From contig NW_021832542.1 of NCBI RefSeq assembly GCF_006345805.1, positions 1 through 60,265 of the forward strand: a DNA stretch of 60,265 nucleotides, read 5' to 3'. The notes beneath the pieces were generated by a model. That model saw only the letters and a list, made by a program, of their open reading frames with translations. It did no database searches and was not told where the DNA came from. How positions within the stretch are numbered: position 1 is the first letter of the stretch; each line of letters opens with the position of its first letter. A program made the translations under genes and the position numbers. This DNA is from Octopus sinensis (Eukaryota). Positions 41,783 to 56,952 of this stretch are shown piece by piece.

Positions 41783-43301
41783 TATAAGTCTATATATATG
41801 TCTGTGTGCACGCGTGTGGTCTGTGTATATGTATATATATTATATATTGTATATATATGTATATATATTTTTATATGTATACAACACCCTGTCTAAATAT
41901 ATATATATATATATATATACCGGAGTAAACACATAAATGTGAAACAAGGTGGAAAAAAGAGTACTCAAATACCAGTGGTAGAGTAATATGCTTTATTTAA
42001 AGCAGCAGAAAAAAAATATATATGTAGACAGGGTGTTGCATTCCCGATCGCTGGATCGTGATTTCAATTCCTAGACCTGGGTGTGAGTGTATGTATATAT
42101 ATCTCTTTACTCTTTTACTTGTTTCAGTCATTTTACTGTGGCCATGCTGAAGCACCGCCTTTAGTCTAGCAAATCGAACCCAAAACTTATTCTTTGTAAG
42201 CCTTGCACTTATTCTACCGGTCACTTTTGCCGAAATGGTATATCTATCTATCTATTTAAAACTTAGTCCGCTATTGTTACTTTAATTCTGAATACGCAGC
42301 TGAACCAGATTTTAAATTATGATGTTGACATTTCTCTTATGTTCTTAATAGATATGCTTACACTACTTTTACTTCACAGAAGAGAACACGCAAACTAAAC
42401 AGTGAATCCCGACTATGGCTTTAAAGATGGTTTTTAACATAAATGAAGTTCATTCGTTTCTATGTCTTTTTATTAAAACTGCGGTTCGAACATATGATTT
42501 GATTTTCCTCTGAGGCAATATATATTTGTATTAAACACAACAGTACACATCCAAAATATTGTTTACTTCCGTGTGTTTCCTCGCGACATTTAAAACTAAA
42601 ACATGAAGTGAAAACGTTTATTTATTTCGAAATACTAAAAAAAATTTCTTTAGGATTGAAATATAATTGTAAAAATTTTGATTCTATAATCTAATCTAAT
42701 CGATACTGAGTCATGGTTTAGTTCCACAAATATGTTGAAGAAATATCTAAGGACTTTGTAATGGATCTTCAAAACGTGTTTAATTTAAATATCGGTTTAG
42801 AATGCATATATTAGGATTAGAATCCTAAGATTCTTGGATTTAGAGAAGAAGAAATTACCAGAGTATGCAAAGTATTAAAGTGTATTAGAGAAGGGATGAA
42901 AAGGGGGAAAAAACACAGAAAATTCCGAGCAAGAACGAGAAGAACAACAACGCAAACGTACATACATACACATATACACACACTGACACACAGGCCGTCT
43001 CACACACGAATTGATATTTGAATATAGTCGGAAATTATAATTTTACGAACGAATTAATTTTCAAAACCTTAAAATGTTGAAACATCTCCAATATTGGTGC
43101 TTTAAATCGCTTTATTAATGTTTACAAGGATGTTTGTAAGATTCCGGGGCAAATAAAATTGCTTAATTACATTTCAAAAATAGATTTGAAATTTTATACG
43201 TCAGAAACAGGGAAATCCTGCCAAAGTTTATACATATATATATATATATTATATATATATATATATACAAACACACATGTGTATATATATGTATATATAT
43301 C

Positions 43302-43372
<71 letters not shown>

Positions 43373-43809
43373 ATATATACATACCTTGTGTGTGTTTGTG
43401 TGTGAGTGTATAAGTATATGAATATATATGTTTATTTATCTATAAGTATATATTTATATATATTTGTCTATATATATATATGTATGTGCATATATATGTA
43501 TAAATATATGTATGTATATATATGAGTATATGTATATGTATATATAAATATATATATATACATATATATACATATGTATATATATATCATATATATGTAT
43601 GTTTGTGCTTGTGTATATATATATATGCACACACACATATCTTCCTTCTCTCTTGCTCCTTCTTTCTTTCGTTCAGTTCCTTCTAAATTTTTGAATTTAT
43701 TTTTTTCTTCAGTTCAGTTTCTTCTTTCTATATTCAGTTCTTTCCATGTTATTTCTCTTGCATTTTCCATGTAAAATATATATGTATAAGCAATAATAAA
43801 TCTCTACCT

Positions 43810-43865
<56 letters not shown>

Positions 43866-44615
43866 GAGAGAGAGAGAGAGAGAGAGAAAGGAGAGGAGAG
43901 AAAGGGAATCAACAGATGAAATCCAGAGATTCTGAATATAGAAAAACGCTTCTTAGCGCTCAAATAATTTAAACATACAGTCCGAAACCTTTACCGAGGA
44001 CCAAGTCTGAGGAGTAAATATTAGCTGTAATAGGAATCCAGGTGACCAGGTATGAAGACAATGATGAAAATAAACAAAGTATATGCTTCGGCTTGATGTT
44101 CAAAAATATATATATACATCTGTACGTATAAATAGAGAGAAAGCAAAGAATGAAATTTTCAAGACGATGAATATTCAAGTATAAATAAATTAGATATTTA
44201 TACATTAGCAGAGCAAACTTACACAGAGTGCTAAGACACAGAAAAATAAATAAAAGGGAGAAGGTATGGTGTTACAATTCCGACAGCTGATTCTGGGAGC
44301 TCGAAGTTACTTCATGAATTTGTCACATGAAGCTCACCAGAATATGCAACAAGCAATGGAACCATATATATGTATATATATATATATATATAATATATAT
44401 ATATGTGTGTATGTGTGTGTGTTTGTTCCCCCAGCATTGCTTGACAACCGATGCTGGTGTGTTTACGTCCATGTCACTTAGCGGTTCAGCAAAAGAGACC
44501 GATAGAATAAGTACTGGGCTTACAAAGAATAAGTCCCGGGGTCGAATTGCTCGACTAAAGGCGGTGCTCCAGCATGGCCGCAGTCAAATGACTGAAACAA
44601 GTAAAAGAGAGTAAA

Positions 44616-44662
<47 letters not shown>

Positions 44663-44772
44663 CAGACACAGACACACACATGTATATTACACATTTATAT
44701 ATCCACACAGGTATATAAGCTGACAGACGTGTATATCTATCCATCCAACTATACCTAGCTTCCTGTATATGC

Positions 44773-44851
<79 letters not shown>

Positions 44852-46734
44852 CAGAGACAGACAGAGACAGAGAGAGACAGAGACAGAGACAGAGAGAAAG
44901 AGTGATAGAGAGAGAGAGGGAAAATGCCGATGCACATGATGTAATGAACTTCTGTTTGTAGTTTCTACAAATACAGAAATTGTTTAAAGTAATATGAAAA
45001 AAAGCTTCCAATTAATGAAAGCCTGTTTTCTTTCGTGTCAAATATTACTTGAGCATATTAATCACTATTTAAGGATTTCATATTTCTGTCGGATAACATT
45101 AATGTAAGTAGAATGGAAGTTTTAATATTATTAATACGAACACGAAACGTCAGTCATTTCCTGTGTAGAACTGTAAGTAGATTTGCTTTGTGGAGCAGCG
45201 AAATGTCTAATTGTGTTTGTCTTCTTCTTCTAGAAAATAACGTTGCTGTTTGTGTAAAGAACAAACTTTGTGTACGTATATGGGGCTTGCATTTATACAT
45301 TTATGTATCAATGTAGACATGGGTAATAAAAAGAGTGGGTCTACGGTTAAGAGGATAGACTACGAAAACCCATAGTTTCTGGTTCAATCTCACCGAACAA
45401 TCACCTTACAGTACCTGTGTAATGTATGTATGTATGAAGTCAAATGAAGTAATAATATTTTAATGCATTTAGTACGCGTGTTTCTAATAATTACTCAACA
45501 AATAAAAATGAAATCGTCTTATATGCATAAGTTTTTCGGTTAAGACATTCAAAATATGAACAAATAGATGGAATTTGCCTTTTATACATGAATGGTACAG
45601 TTGAGGCCACCTACAAAATGAGGAGATGATGTGGTATGAAAGAGTAGAGTATCTAAACAAAAGTAAGTCCTCCTGGTCGGTGTTGGTGCGTTCTTTAAAG
45701 ATCTACCCAAGTATGATCTTTCCGGGTTGAGACTTCTGCGGATATATGTATGCTTAATCATTTGGGACGAGTATTCATATAACAAACCACTCAAAATCCT
45801 TGAAAGAGTATCCGTGTAAATAGTATTAGGATTGGTTATCTTGTACTAGTATAATATAATGCGGCGAGCTGGTAAAGGTTTTTGCACGACGGACGAAATT
45901 CTTAGCGGTATTTCCTATGTCGCTACGTTCTGAGTTCAAATTCGGCCGAGGTCGACTTTGCCTTTCATCCTTTCGGGGTCGATAAATTAAGTACCAGTGA
46001 AATAATGGTGTTGATGAAATTGACTAATCCCCTCCCTTCAAAATATCAGGTCTTGTGCCTTTAGTAAGAAGAATTATTAATATTATTAAGGCAACAAGCT
46101 GGCAGAATCGTTAGCACACCAGACAGAATGCTTAGCATCATTTCATCCCACTTTATGTTCCGAGTTCAAATGCTGCCAAGGTTACACACTGGGGTCGGTG
46201 TAATCGACTTAATCTGTTTGTCCGTCCTTGTTTGTCTCTTCTGTGTTTATCCCTTTGTGTGTAGTAAAGAAATAGATATTTCGTCTGTCTTTATGTTCTG
46301 AGTTCAAATTCCACCAAACAGAGAAACGAAACATGCATCATAAAGAATATTCCCCTTCATTAGTTGTCCCTGTTTCATCTACTCCGCTTTTCGAAGGTAA
46401 GGACAATACACCACGCCGTTTGATTCAGTCTCACATTGTTTTAGAATTTCTTAGTCTGAACACGTCCATATCATCGGGTGTTTGGCGATAGATGGTGAAC
46501 ATTTGACGAGATGGACGAATCCTCCCCGCACCAGATAAACTGAGTCAAATTGGTATGAAAAATATCATGTAACATCAATGAAGGAAATGAGCTTGGTGCT
46601 ACATTCATTTGTTCACTCAGGCATATATATCTATATATATATATATATATTATATATATATATATATATATTATATATACACACAGATATGTAAATCTCT
46701 CTCTCTATATATATATAATGTATATATATATATA

Positions 46735-46782
<48 letters not shown>

Positions 46783-46809
46783 ACACCCACAAATATATGT
46801 ATATATATA

Positions 46810-46873
<64 letters not shown>

Positions 46874-47597
46874 CACACAAATATATGTATATATATATAT
46901 TGATAGAAATGGTAAGGCAACAAAAGAACGAAAGAAACCTGACCTCGATATTTTGTAATATAGGAATTTATCTGTAAATGTAATATGTGACAATTATTCG
47001 GTAGCCATGATAAAACTCCGAGTTTCGGATATCGGGGTGGAAATCCATGTTGCCATCTTTTCAGTTAACCAGCCATCGGAAAAAATACTATTTTTTCCGA
47101 AGGCCGGATAACTAAAGAGCTGGCGGCGTGGATTTCCTTCCCGACATCCGAAACTCGAAGTTTTATCATGGCTACTGAATGGTTGTCACACGCACACACA
47201 CACATGCACACAGGGTTGTTTTTATAGAAGATCAGCAGTCACCCATGCATATCAGCCTCCCCTCTGCACACCATTGATATTATCCAAGAGAAAGGCAAAG
47301 CGGCAGATACAGCTTTGCACCAGTGACATCGCAACTCATTTCTACAGCTGAGTGAATTGGAGCAACTGGAGCAATAAAGTGTTTTGCTCAAGAATACTAC
47401 ACGCACCCTGGTCCGGAAATCGAGCTCACAAACTAACGATCGTAAGCTCGACGCTCTGACCACTGAGCCATGCGCTTTCACGCACACATATACACGCATA
47501 GACATATATATGTATATATTCATTCATCCATATTCCGTATAAATTTGTGGATATGCATACAGATGTCTCTCTCTCCCTCCCTCCCCCTCTCTCTCTT

Positions 47598-47683
<86 letters not shown>

Positions 47684-47712
47684 ATCAAAATAAGCAACAA
47701 GAATGACTCTGG

Positions 47713-47798
47713 TAATTTGGTACGATCGTTTCGTACTACATCATTTTATTAAATGTATTATAACAGATTTAAGATGCTGAGTACTCATCAGCCAATTA
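47713..47798 (-). ncRNA. Type I hammerhead ribozyme motif, sense to the nAChR pre-mRNA
   Basis: Reads UAAUUGG-CUGAUGA-GUAC...GUAC-GAAA-C GAUC G-UA^CCAAAUUA. All core nucleotides are canonical. Predicted cleavage between 47721 and 47720. Confidence 0.88.
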
Positions 47799-48654
47799 TA
47801 GGGGTTTTCCATTAATACAAAAATTTTCAAATCAAGTGGCAACATTATAGAGAAGGTAGATATATAGACAAAGATGTGAATTTAAATGTTAAGAACATTT
47901 GAGGTAGTAGAGTCCGTCCACTGACTGACTAAGATCTGGTTGTTCTGACTGCTGTAAGGTTTGAAGCAATAAAGATTTTTTAATTGTAGAAATGGGTTAA
48001 AGGGGGTTTCAGAACTCCATAAAAGGAATTCACGTTGAAGACAGCAATTGCCACTAACAAATGCCAATTACTGCTATTTGCTGAGAGAACTAGGTCAATG
48101 TCAAATGGTCCCAATCCCATTCACAGAGAGTGTAATTTAGAGAAAAAAAGGGGAAAAAAGCTATCACTTATTATTATGAGTAGGCATAGTACTTTTTAAC
48201 TGGGAGAAAGCCTTATTAATTTTAAAGCTAGATTAATTTTAGAAAACATTCAATTTCAAGTTTGCAGTGACGTTTTTATAGTCATCTATGAATGTTAAAT
48301 TGAAAGCCAGTATTGGTATATTTCTTCTTATTTGATAATAAAGAATTAAAATTTGAAAAATATAGGAATACTCACAAAATTATTATTTAAAGTATTTAAA
48401 CGTTCGGGTTGTGCAATGTACACAAGATGCTCCCAACTTCAGACGGTTATTCAACAGATTTGTATTACTCTAATGTTTTAAAATTTCATAAGTTTCCATA
48501 GAACAAAGTTGACAACCATCCCAACTATTTCTATAATCATCCCACGGATTTTTATGGATAACACCATACAAAATTCTGGTGCATCTAAATTAAGTACCAT
48601 ATTCATTTGAATCTAAAATTTTGCTGAACTTATATATATATATAATATATATAT

Positions 48655-48718
<64 letters not shown>

Positions 48719-49657
48719 AATATATACATACATACATGCATACATGTATATATACATATTTATAACTCTGCATACATACATACTTTTAATTTAGTCGTCT
48801 CAGTCATGCAGCTACGGTCATACTGGAGCACCACCGTGGGTTTAGTGATCTCCTCAGGCCGGGGGGTTTCACGTCCCTACTCCTCTATGTGCCTATATAT
48901 ATATATATTTCTACACATACATATGTGTATGTGCGTGTGTGTATATTTGTTCGTGTGTGTGTGGGTGTGTGCAAAGAAAGAGAGTAAGACAGAGATGAGA
49001 GCAGAAAAAGAGAAGAGGAGAGGATAGAGAGGAGGAGTTTGAGGAAAGCTTCGAATGATGCCAGCTGTCCGTCGGTCCGTCCAGCCAAGCGTGGCCAGCC
49101 AGCTTACTCTGGAACAGTGGATCGCGCTGAGAGTTTCCAGCAAATAGACCGATAACTCCTATGTTGCAAATCTCTTAATCCGAAGCTACTTTTCACAAGC
49201 AGTAGACATCTCCTCAAACTGAATGCCTCCTAATAGATAATCGATGGAGATTAGGACGATAACTGGCGAAGGAGTTTAATCACGTAGTAAGCTGTTTTTG
49301 AATTTTCAAAATCGATAGACTTAGAAAAAGACAAAACAAATTAGCACTGTGTGTGTGTGTGTGTGAATGAGAATGTGTGTGTGTGTATGTGTGAATGTGT
49401 GTATGATTGCGTGTATGTGTGTGAGTGTGTGAGTGTTTGTGTGTGAGGGTATTTGTTTGTGTGTATATGTGTGTGTGTTTGTATGCTTGTGTGTATGTGT
49501 GTGTGTTTCTATGTATGTGTGATTATATGTGTGAGTGTGTGTTTGTACCTTTGAGTGGATGCATTCTAGTTTGCATACGGCATGTGCGTGTCTGTGACTG
49601 CATACGTAAGGAGATACTGTCTCTCTCCCGCTCTCTTTCTCTCTCTCACACACAGAC

Positions 49658-49694
<37 letters not shown>

Positions 49695-49711
49695 AACACA
49701 TACATACATAT

Positions 49712-49767
<56 letters not shown>

Positions 49768-49917
49768 ATATACACACACATACACATGTATATTCGTGTA
49801 CACGAATGTCCACACATAACTACTTACACACACACATATATGTATTTATATTATATTTATGTATATATATATTATATATATATATGTACTTATAAACATA
49901 TGCATTTATATATACAT

Positions 49918-49986
<69 letters not shown>

Positions 49987-49991
49987 TATAA

Positions 49992-50034
<43 letters not shown>

Positions 50035-50860
50035 AATATGTATTTAAGTTGTCTATTCAGGTTTTAGGCTTTTGTTAACTACACAAGCGGTTCATCTCCA
50101 GATAAAACACAGTTTTCCATATGCAAAAATATTGGCTGATCTCTTAACAAATTCTCTCCCCTTTATCTCATCGTTTTCTTTCAGATTCCATTCATTTCCG
50201 TTTCAATTAATTGTCTTTATCTGTTATTTAATTCTAATTAAATTTTAGTCCGCTTCCCCGTCACCGCGTCGTACATAAGATGTCGTATAATTCTAAAACA
50301 AAAAACTCCTATCCTTTATCTTGGTTTAAATGCTAACACCAAGCAGATTAAGCAACATCGAAACAATAGCAGTGCTGCTATTGTAATAACGGTTTCAGAT
50401 TTTTGGTACAAGGCCAGCAATTTCAGAGGAGGGCGTTAATTAATTATATCGACCCCTCCCCTATTAGTGCTCTACTGGCATTTATTTCAAAGATGAAAGG
50501 CAAAGTCGACCTCGGCGGAATTTGAACCTACAGTGTAAAGACTGACGGAATGTCGCTAAGCACTTTGCCCGGTAGGTAATGACGCTGCCAGCTCGGCGCC
50601 TTTGTCGGTGGTTGTAATAAGGATTTCAAAATTCAACACAAGGCCGGCAATATTCGGGGGAGAGGTAACTCAATTATACCCGCGGTGGAAGTTAATGGTG
50701 TCAAACCAAATGGCCTAATAAATATACCATCTATATAATCCGCAGTACGATTAGAACTCAAATCGCAAAGGTCAGGAACAAATACTGCAAGGCATCTGGT
50801 GTGCTGTTTCTTACAGATCCACAGATCCCCCGCCAAGTTTTCTCCTTGACAACGAAAGAA

Positions 50861-51296
50861 CGAAAAGCAAATTTGACATTGGTAAGATTTTAACGCAAAA
50901 CTTAAAGAGTCCGGAACAAATATCACAAGACACTCAGTTCGCTCTTACAAATCCATTAGTCCACCGGACAGGTCGGGTATTTCCTTTTCACCTACCTTGA
51001 AAGGACGAAAAGCAAATTTGACATTGGTAAGATTTGAACGCAAAACTTAAAGAGTCCGGAACAAATACCACAAGACACTCAGTTCGCTCTTACAAATCCA
51101 TTAGTCCACCGGACAGGTCGGGTATTTCCTTTTCACCTACCTTGAAAGGACGAAAAGCAAATATGACATTGGTAAGATTTGAACGCAAAACTTAAAGAGT
51201 CCAGAACAAATAAACCAAGACAGCCAGTCCATTCTGACGAATCCATCAATCCACCGAACTGGACTGATATTTCCTTTTCATCTACCTTGAAAGGAT
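50861..51296. repeat. Tandem repeat, three units of 145 bp, derived from SINE family B-like sequence
   Basis: Units start at 50861, 51006 and 51151 (CGAAAAGCAAAT...). The third unit diverges in its 3' half. Confidence 0.9.
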
Positions 51297-52021
51297 GATA
51301 GGAAAATTTGTGAAATAACTAAAAGTCCAATATGCGATATGCAATTATTTGTTAATTTATGTAATTAAATTTATCTGCATTGAATTCCAGCATTAAAAAG
51401 CTACTTATTTCATCTCTCTCGAACTTTCACTATTCTAATGAATATAGAAACAGCGTACAGTTCTCGTTAAGAAGAACGGTTTCTAAAACGGTAGGAGCAA
51501 ATTCGAAGTGTTGCTTTAGTTCAAAGTTAGCACAGCTGTTATGTTCACAAACGATATGAGTTCGAGTCCTACAAGCATCTTTCGACTATTTTTTCCCATC
51601 CAAAAGTTTTTAATCTAATATGCTATATGTTATTTAAAACAACGGGTTGGCAGAATCGTTAGGAGGTTGATGAAAGAAGTAACAGTTGAACGCTAGGGTT
51701 GATATAATCAACTTTCCTCCTCCTCGGAAATTGTGTCTGAACTTGAAACCATTATTTATATCGACAGACTAACAGATTTGATAGTGCACCAGACAAAATT
51801 CCACTGAGGCTGACTTTGCCTTTTACGGTTCCATGGTCGATGAAATAAATACCAATTTAGCGTTGGAATCAACGTGATCGATTATCCATACCCCATGCAC
51901 CCTACCACCAAAAGAAAAAACTTAGGCCTTTGTTTTATTTATAGCTTTATGTTCTCCAAGTTCCAGGTTAAAAAAAAATCATATCATCATATACATTATA
52001 TACGAGACAACCAATCGTGTT

Positions 52022-52103
52022 GGTAGCGTGGCCGAGCGGTCTAAGGCGCTGGTTTAAGGCACCAGTCTCTTTGGAGGCGTGGGTTCGAATCCCACCGCTG
52101 CCA
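52022..52103 (+). tRNA. tRNA-Leu (anticodon AAG), intronic and antisense to the nAChR gene
   Basis: Acceptor GGTAGCG/CGCTGCC, anticodon arm CTGGT-TTAAGGC-ACCAG, long variable arm, intact A and B boxes (GGTTCGAATCC), and a T5 terminator at 52119-52123. Confidence 0.95.
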
Positions 52104-52808
52104 AGCATATTTCATTCCTTTTTAGATGCAGCCATGGCTATGTGGAAGGGAGATTGTTCCCCAACCTTATGGCTCGGGTTCAGTCCTACTGCCTGGCATC
52201 GACAGTCAACCTATTCCTTATAAGTGTATTTCGTAGACATACAATATATATATATATGTGTGTGTGCCCGTAGTGTGTGTATATATACACATTAGTTACA
52301 AGATTCAGTAGAATGTATGTGTATCAAGCATGACTAGCTAGGTTCCCCATAACATTGATTTCACAGTGAAGTAAAACAACTATATGTGCTATACTGCATG
52401 TATATATGTATGTGTGTGTATATATATATTTACAGGCAGTCAGTCCCGAGTAAATAGTAAATCCAACTCAGTGTTGTTTCCTGGAGTGGTATAGTTATAA
52501 AAAGAACACAAATGCGGTTTAAATTTTACCACAACTGTTTTTGTATCATTTTATTGTTGTATTCGTGGATTACATAATGCTTTCCCATCATATTGGTTGT
52601 TGGATGGGTCGTCGATATCTTGACAGTTTATAACAGTTTAAAAGTTTTTCCAGAAAATCGTAGATTTTTTTCTATGATGTAATATTGGAATACATCAATA
52701 AAATTCCACCGAGACAGCTGTAGCAAAGTTTAAACCCATTTGCGTTCTAAAATTTGCTTTTATACATATATATTTTCAGGAATAAAATCAACAGCGTTTA
52801 GTACTCAC

Positions 52809-52853
52809 ATGTCTCAACCACACGTTTGTGGTCATTATTTGATTTTTCTCGTC
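52809..52853 (-). CDS. nAChR alpha subunit, conserved 45-nt exon (DEKNQIMTTNVWLRH)
   Basis: Reads tttctag|GACGAG...AGACAT|gtgagt. The peptide is the typical Cys-loop receptor beta2 strand with the loop D Trp. Phase 0/0, and it splices in frame to the 17819 exon. Confidence 0.95.
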
Positions 52854-54844
52854 CTAGAAAACAAAGAAATAACAAATCAATGAATAAGTAAATAAATAAA
52901 TAAAAAGAAATACTAAATAAACACTGGAAATAATATTATCAGAAAACGAAATTAAAGTTTTCGTTTATTTAATTGGATTTTAATACTGTGGCATCCTTTG
53001 TTTTTTTTCTATCTAAATGTGCTTTTCAGGTGATGTATACACGCTACTATTTATAGCTCTTTCTGCTTCGAGTTTCAGGATTCCAAAAGATAATCATTGC
53101 ACATTCTATCTCATTTTCTGAATTGGTATGAAGTCAACAGCAGACAATTCACGGTGATAAGAATATGTTTGTAAAATTCATGGGATTGCCTTTGTCTCGT
53201 AGCAAAACGCCCGCCATATTCACAGGAGATGTCGGTTCGAGCCAAACGGGTAATCTTCCACGTTTTCTATCCATATCTCTTTCGAGATCCACAGTTCCAG
53301 AAAAGAATTATTTCACGTCCCCCCGAAAGTTTCTAAAAGCTTAAGACGCCCACAGCACACAACGATGACTTATCAGAATAAAATTTCTAAAACTGATAAA
53401 AGAAATTCTAAGAATTGATTTGCCTCAATGGTAGAAAACCTGTCATGTATGCTAAGAAAATTGGGTTCTTGATGCACGGCAGCCTTAGGAAATTTCTCTT
53501 CACAATTTCTTTTGTTTTTGTTAACTTTTTCTGCTTCGTAAAGCACCGTTCCCAAAAGGAATTATAATTGATAAAAATTTAATTCTGTAAGTTAAGCCTT
53601 TTATGCCAAAGTTGAATCAAAATCGTAACTTGTTTACGTTTAGTCTACTTCTGTAACAAGTATATTATTTATATTTAAAAACAACAAAAATAATAACAAT
53701 AACAACAGTTAAAAGTAAAAAGCAGGTTTCATGGTAGAGTTAATATATGTATGGTTATCCAATTGTGTAATAACTCAACTGGGATTTACAAGTTATAATG
53801 TAAACTTAGTACCTCTCTACACTTATGATTCACAAATGCACACACACACACACACACAATATTTGTATGAATATATATATAGGTGCGTATGTTTGTGTAT
53901 ATGTGTATGTATATACATATATATATTATATAACAGACACAATACATGTTTTTATATACTACTAATAGTTTCATATGTTGAGAAATACCTTAAACACATT
54001 CATCAGGCACAAGCCACATATAAGAACGAACTAAAAGTTGAATGAGAGAAGAAGCGCGAAAAGCTGAGAAGGAAGTACACAAATAACGTGGAAGGTTAAA
54101 AAACGGAAAGCAAAAAAAACGAAAAACAAAAAAGCAAAAAGTAAAATTTTTTTAAAATGTAAAAGAGTTATCGTCCTTAGACCTTAAATTATAAGGCTGG
54201 AAAAATATCAACAAGTTAAACAGGTATAGGTGGAATTTTTCAATTCTTCAAAATGTACTTAGACTTATGCTTACAACTGCTGAAAACTTCAGACCTAGAG
54301 TTCAGTAGAAAGTTAGGGATTTTATGTCCCAAAAGGATCTGAGCTCTTTCAGCTAAACATAGCTTACATTTATTTGATCTATTAATATAATGTGTAAATT
54401 TTCAGTTATTTCCCACTTTTTCAGACGTGGTGTTGCCTTATATTTCATACTCCATAAGTGGCTAGCCAACTTAGTAGGAAGTAGGCTACGTGATTGGAAT
54501 AAGGATGCCGAAAGAAAATTCATTACACCAGCCAAACATCATATGGATTAGAAAATCATGCATCTTCCTAAGAGAAACGAAATAATCTGAAAGATATCCG
54601 AAATTCGCCTTTTATATAGGCTTATAAACATGCATACATATATATGTATATATAGGTATGTATAAATACACACGCACACATACACAACACACATATCATA
54701 ATAATAATAACCCTTAGAAAGTGGCCGGCAAAATAAAATAGGAACTTATTTACATATTCAAGACGTTTCCCATAAACAAATTTAAAAGTTACACAATAAC
54801 ACAAACACGTATACACACACACACTCACACACATATACACACGC

Positions 54845-54924
<80 letters not shown>

Positions 54925-56262
54925 CATACATACTACATACATACATACATACATACTACATACATACTACATACATACATACATAATGCATACATACATA
55001 CATAAATACATACATACATATATAGTATTATTTTGCAAGAATAGTTTTGACAGTGACTTCGAAACTTTGGACTGCTAGCTAGAGTCTGAGGAGAGCTGGC
55101 TGGCTGAATCTTCAAAGAGAATGTCAGCAGTATTTTTGTAAAATAAGAATAAATGTTTATTCTACAGAAAGCATTGAGTAATTCTTCAGACGTATGTAGA
55201 ATAGTTTTTATCATAAAACGGCATAAAAAGAAGCATTAAAACATACTATATATAGTAAATTAAATAGAAGCAGTATAATGCAATGCAAAAAAAAAAAAGC
55301 AAAAGTCATGGAGCGTTCCCAGTGAATAACATTAGGTTTACCCCTAGAGGAAGTAAACGGTAGTAAAGGGAAAATTACAGAGTAGAATTCTAACGTTTCG
55401 GATATAGGCCATCGTGGAATATGCAAAGAACGTCCAGGAAAAGGGGGAGAGAACGGAGGAAAGGAGAGGCAAGAATAAACACACGTACTCAACGTACATA
55501 TATACATGCATACACATATATACATACATAATTACATTCATACAAATGCATACATGTGTATACTGTAAGTGTGTGTGTCTATTTGTGTTTGTGTGTGTGT
55601 GTTTGAATATATTCGAGATAGAGGCGAGTACTTACGTCCCAAGGTGGAAGACTTGATAATTGCTGAGAATCCTAAACATGAAACCAATGGTAGCCTTGTT
55701 AACTCACAAATGAATAACTGTTATCGACAAATCCGGTGTTGAGCATTCATCCTCACAGTTCAATATTAACTTATATATATATATGTGTGTGTGTGTGTGC
55801 ATGTGTGTGTGTGTGTTTGTGTGTGTCGAAGCACACATAGGGAACCTGTATCACATTAGTAATTCAAACTACAGTCAGTCATGTTCAGACTTACATCCCG
55901 CGTCGTTACGTTATTGCTAAAAGTAAGACTCATTAATCACAGCCATTCCCTGTTTAATTAACTTGAATGATTAACGATTTCGAAATATTTTTTTCCTCCC
56001 GCTGCTACACTTCAATAGTAATTTTTTTTGTTCCTCATTAAGGTTGTAGTTCTAATCAATTACCACTCTTTGGTTTAATACATTAACCATTCTAGAGCGA
56101 AATTTACTACCGCGTAGTATTAGAACAGGCAGTCCTGAATAATATTTCCCAGCACTCATATCACTTATTAATAAACATTTACAACCAACACGTACGCACA
56201 GATATGTATGTGTATATACACAAATGCATTTACATATATTATATATATATATATTAATATAT

Positions 56263-56307
<45 letters not shown>

Positions 56308-56910
56308 TTATACCCATGTACATATACATATATATGAATATAAAGGTATGTATAAATACACAAACACACATATCATAATAATAATAATAACCCTCAGAAA
56401 GTTGCCGGCATAATAATATATATGTATTTATATGTATGTATAAACGGATATGCACGCATACACACACACACATATATATACATATAGGAAAACGAGTACA
56501 TGCATACATGCATATATATATATATATATAATGGTATATATTCTATTATTCTTTTACTTGTTTCAGCAATTTGACTGCGGTCATGCTGGAGCAAAGCGTT
56601 TAGTCGAGCAAATCGACCCCAGGACTTATTCTTTGTCAGCCTAGTACTTATTTTAATCGGTCTCTTTTGCGGAATCGCTAAGTAACAGGGACGTAAACAC
56701 ACCAGCATCCGTTGTCAACCGATGTTCGGGGATAAACACAGACACACAGACACAGACACAACACACACACACATGATGGACTTCTTTCAGTTCTGTCTGG
56801 CCCGACACTGCAGTAAAAGTCACTTGCCCAATGTGCCATGTAGTGGAACTGAAGCTGGAACCATGTTATTGGGAAGCAAGCTACTTACTACACAGTCACT
56901 CCTACGCGCT

Positions 56911-56952
<42 letters not shown>

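Noticed and set aside
50861-51296. A CRISPR-like array
   Set aside because: The context is eukaryotic, and the units are contiguous tandem copies without unique spacers.
54353-54535. ORF ending ...LIDQIN|gtaagc as the upstream nAChR exon
   Set aside because: It lacks the expected Y..L.RPV and L.L.Q+I.V pattern, so the similarity is chance.
55055-55130. GAAAC followed by CUGAGGA
   Set aside because: There is no valid NUH site or stem I; at most it is a decayed remnant.
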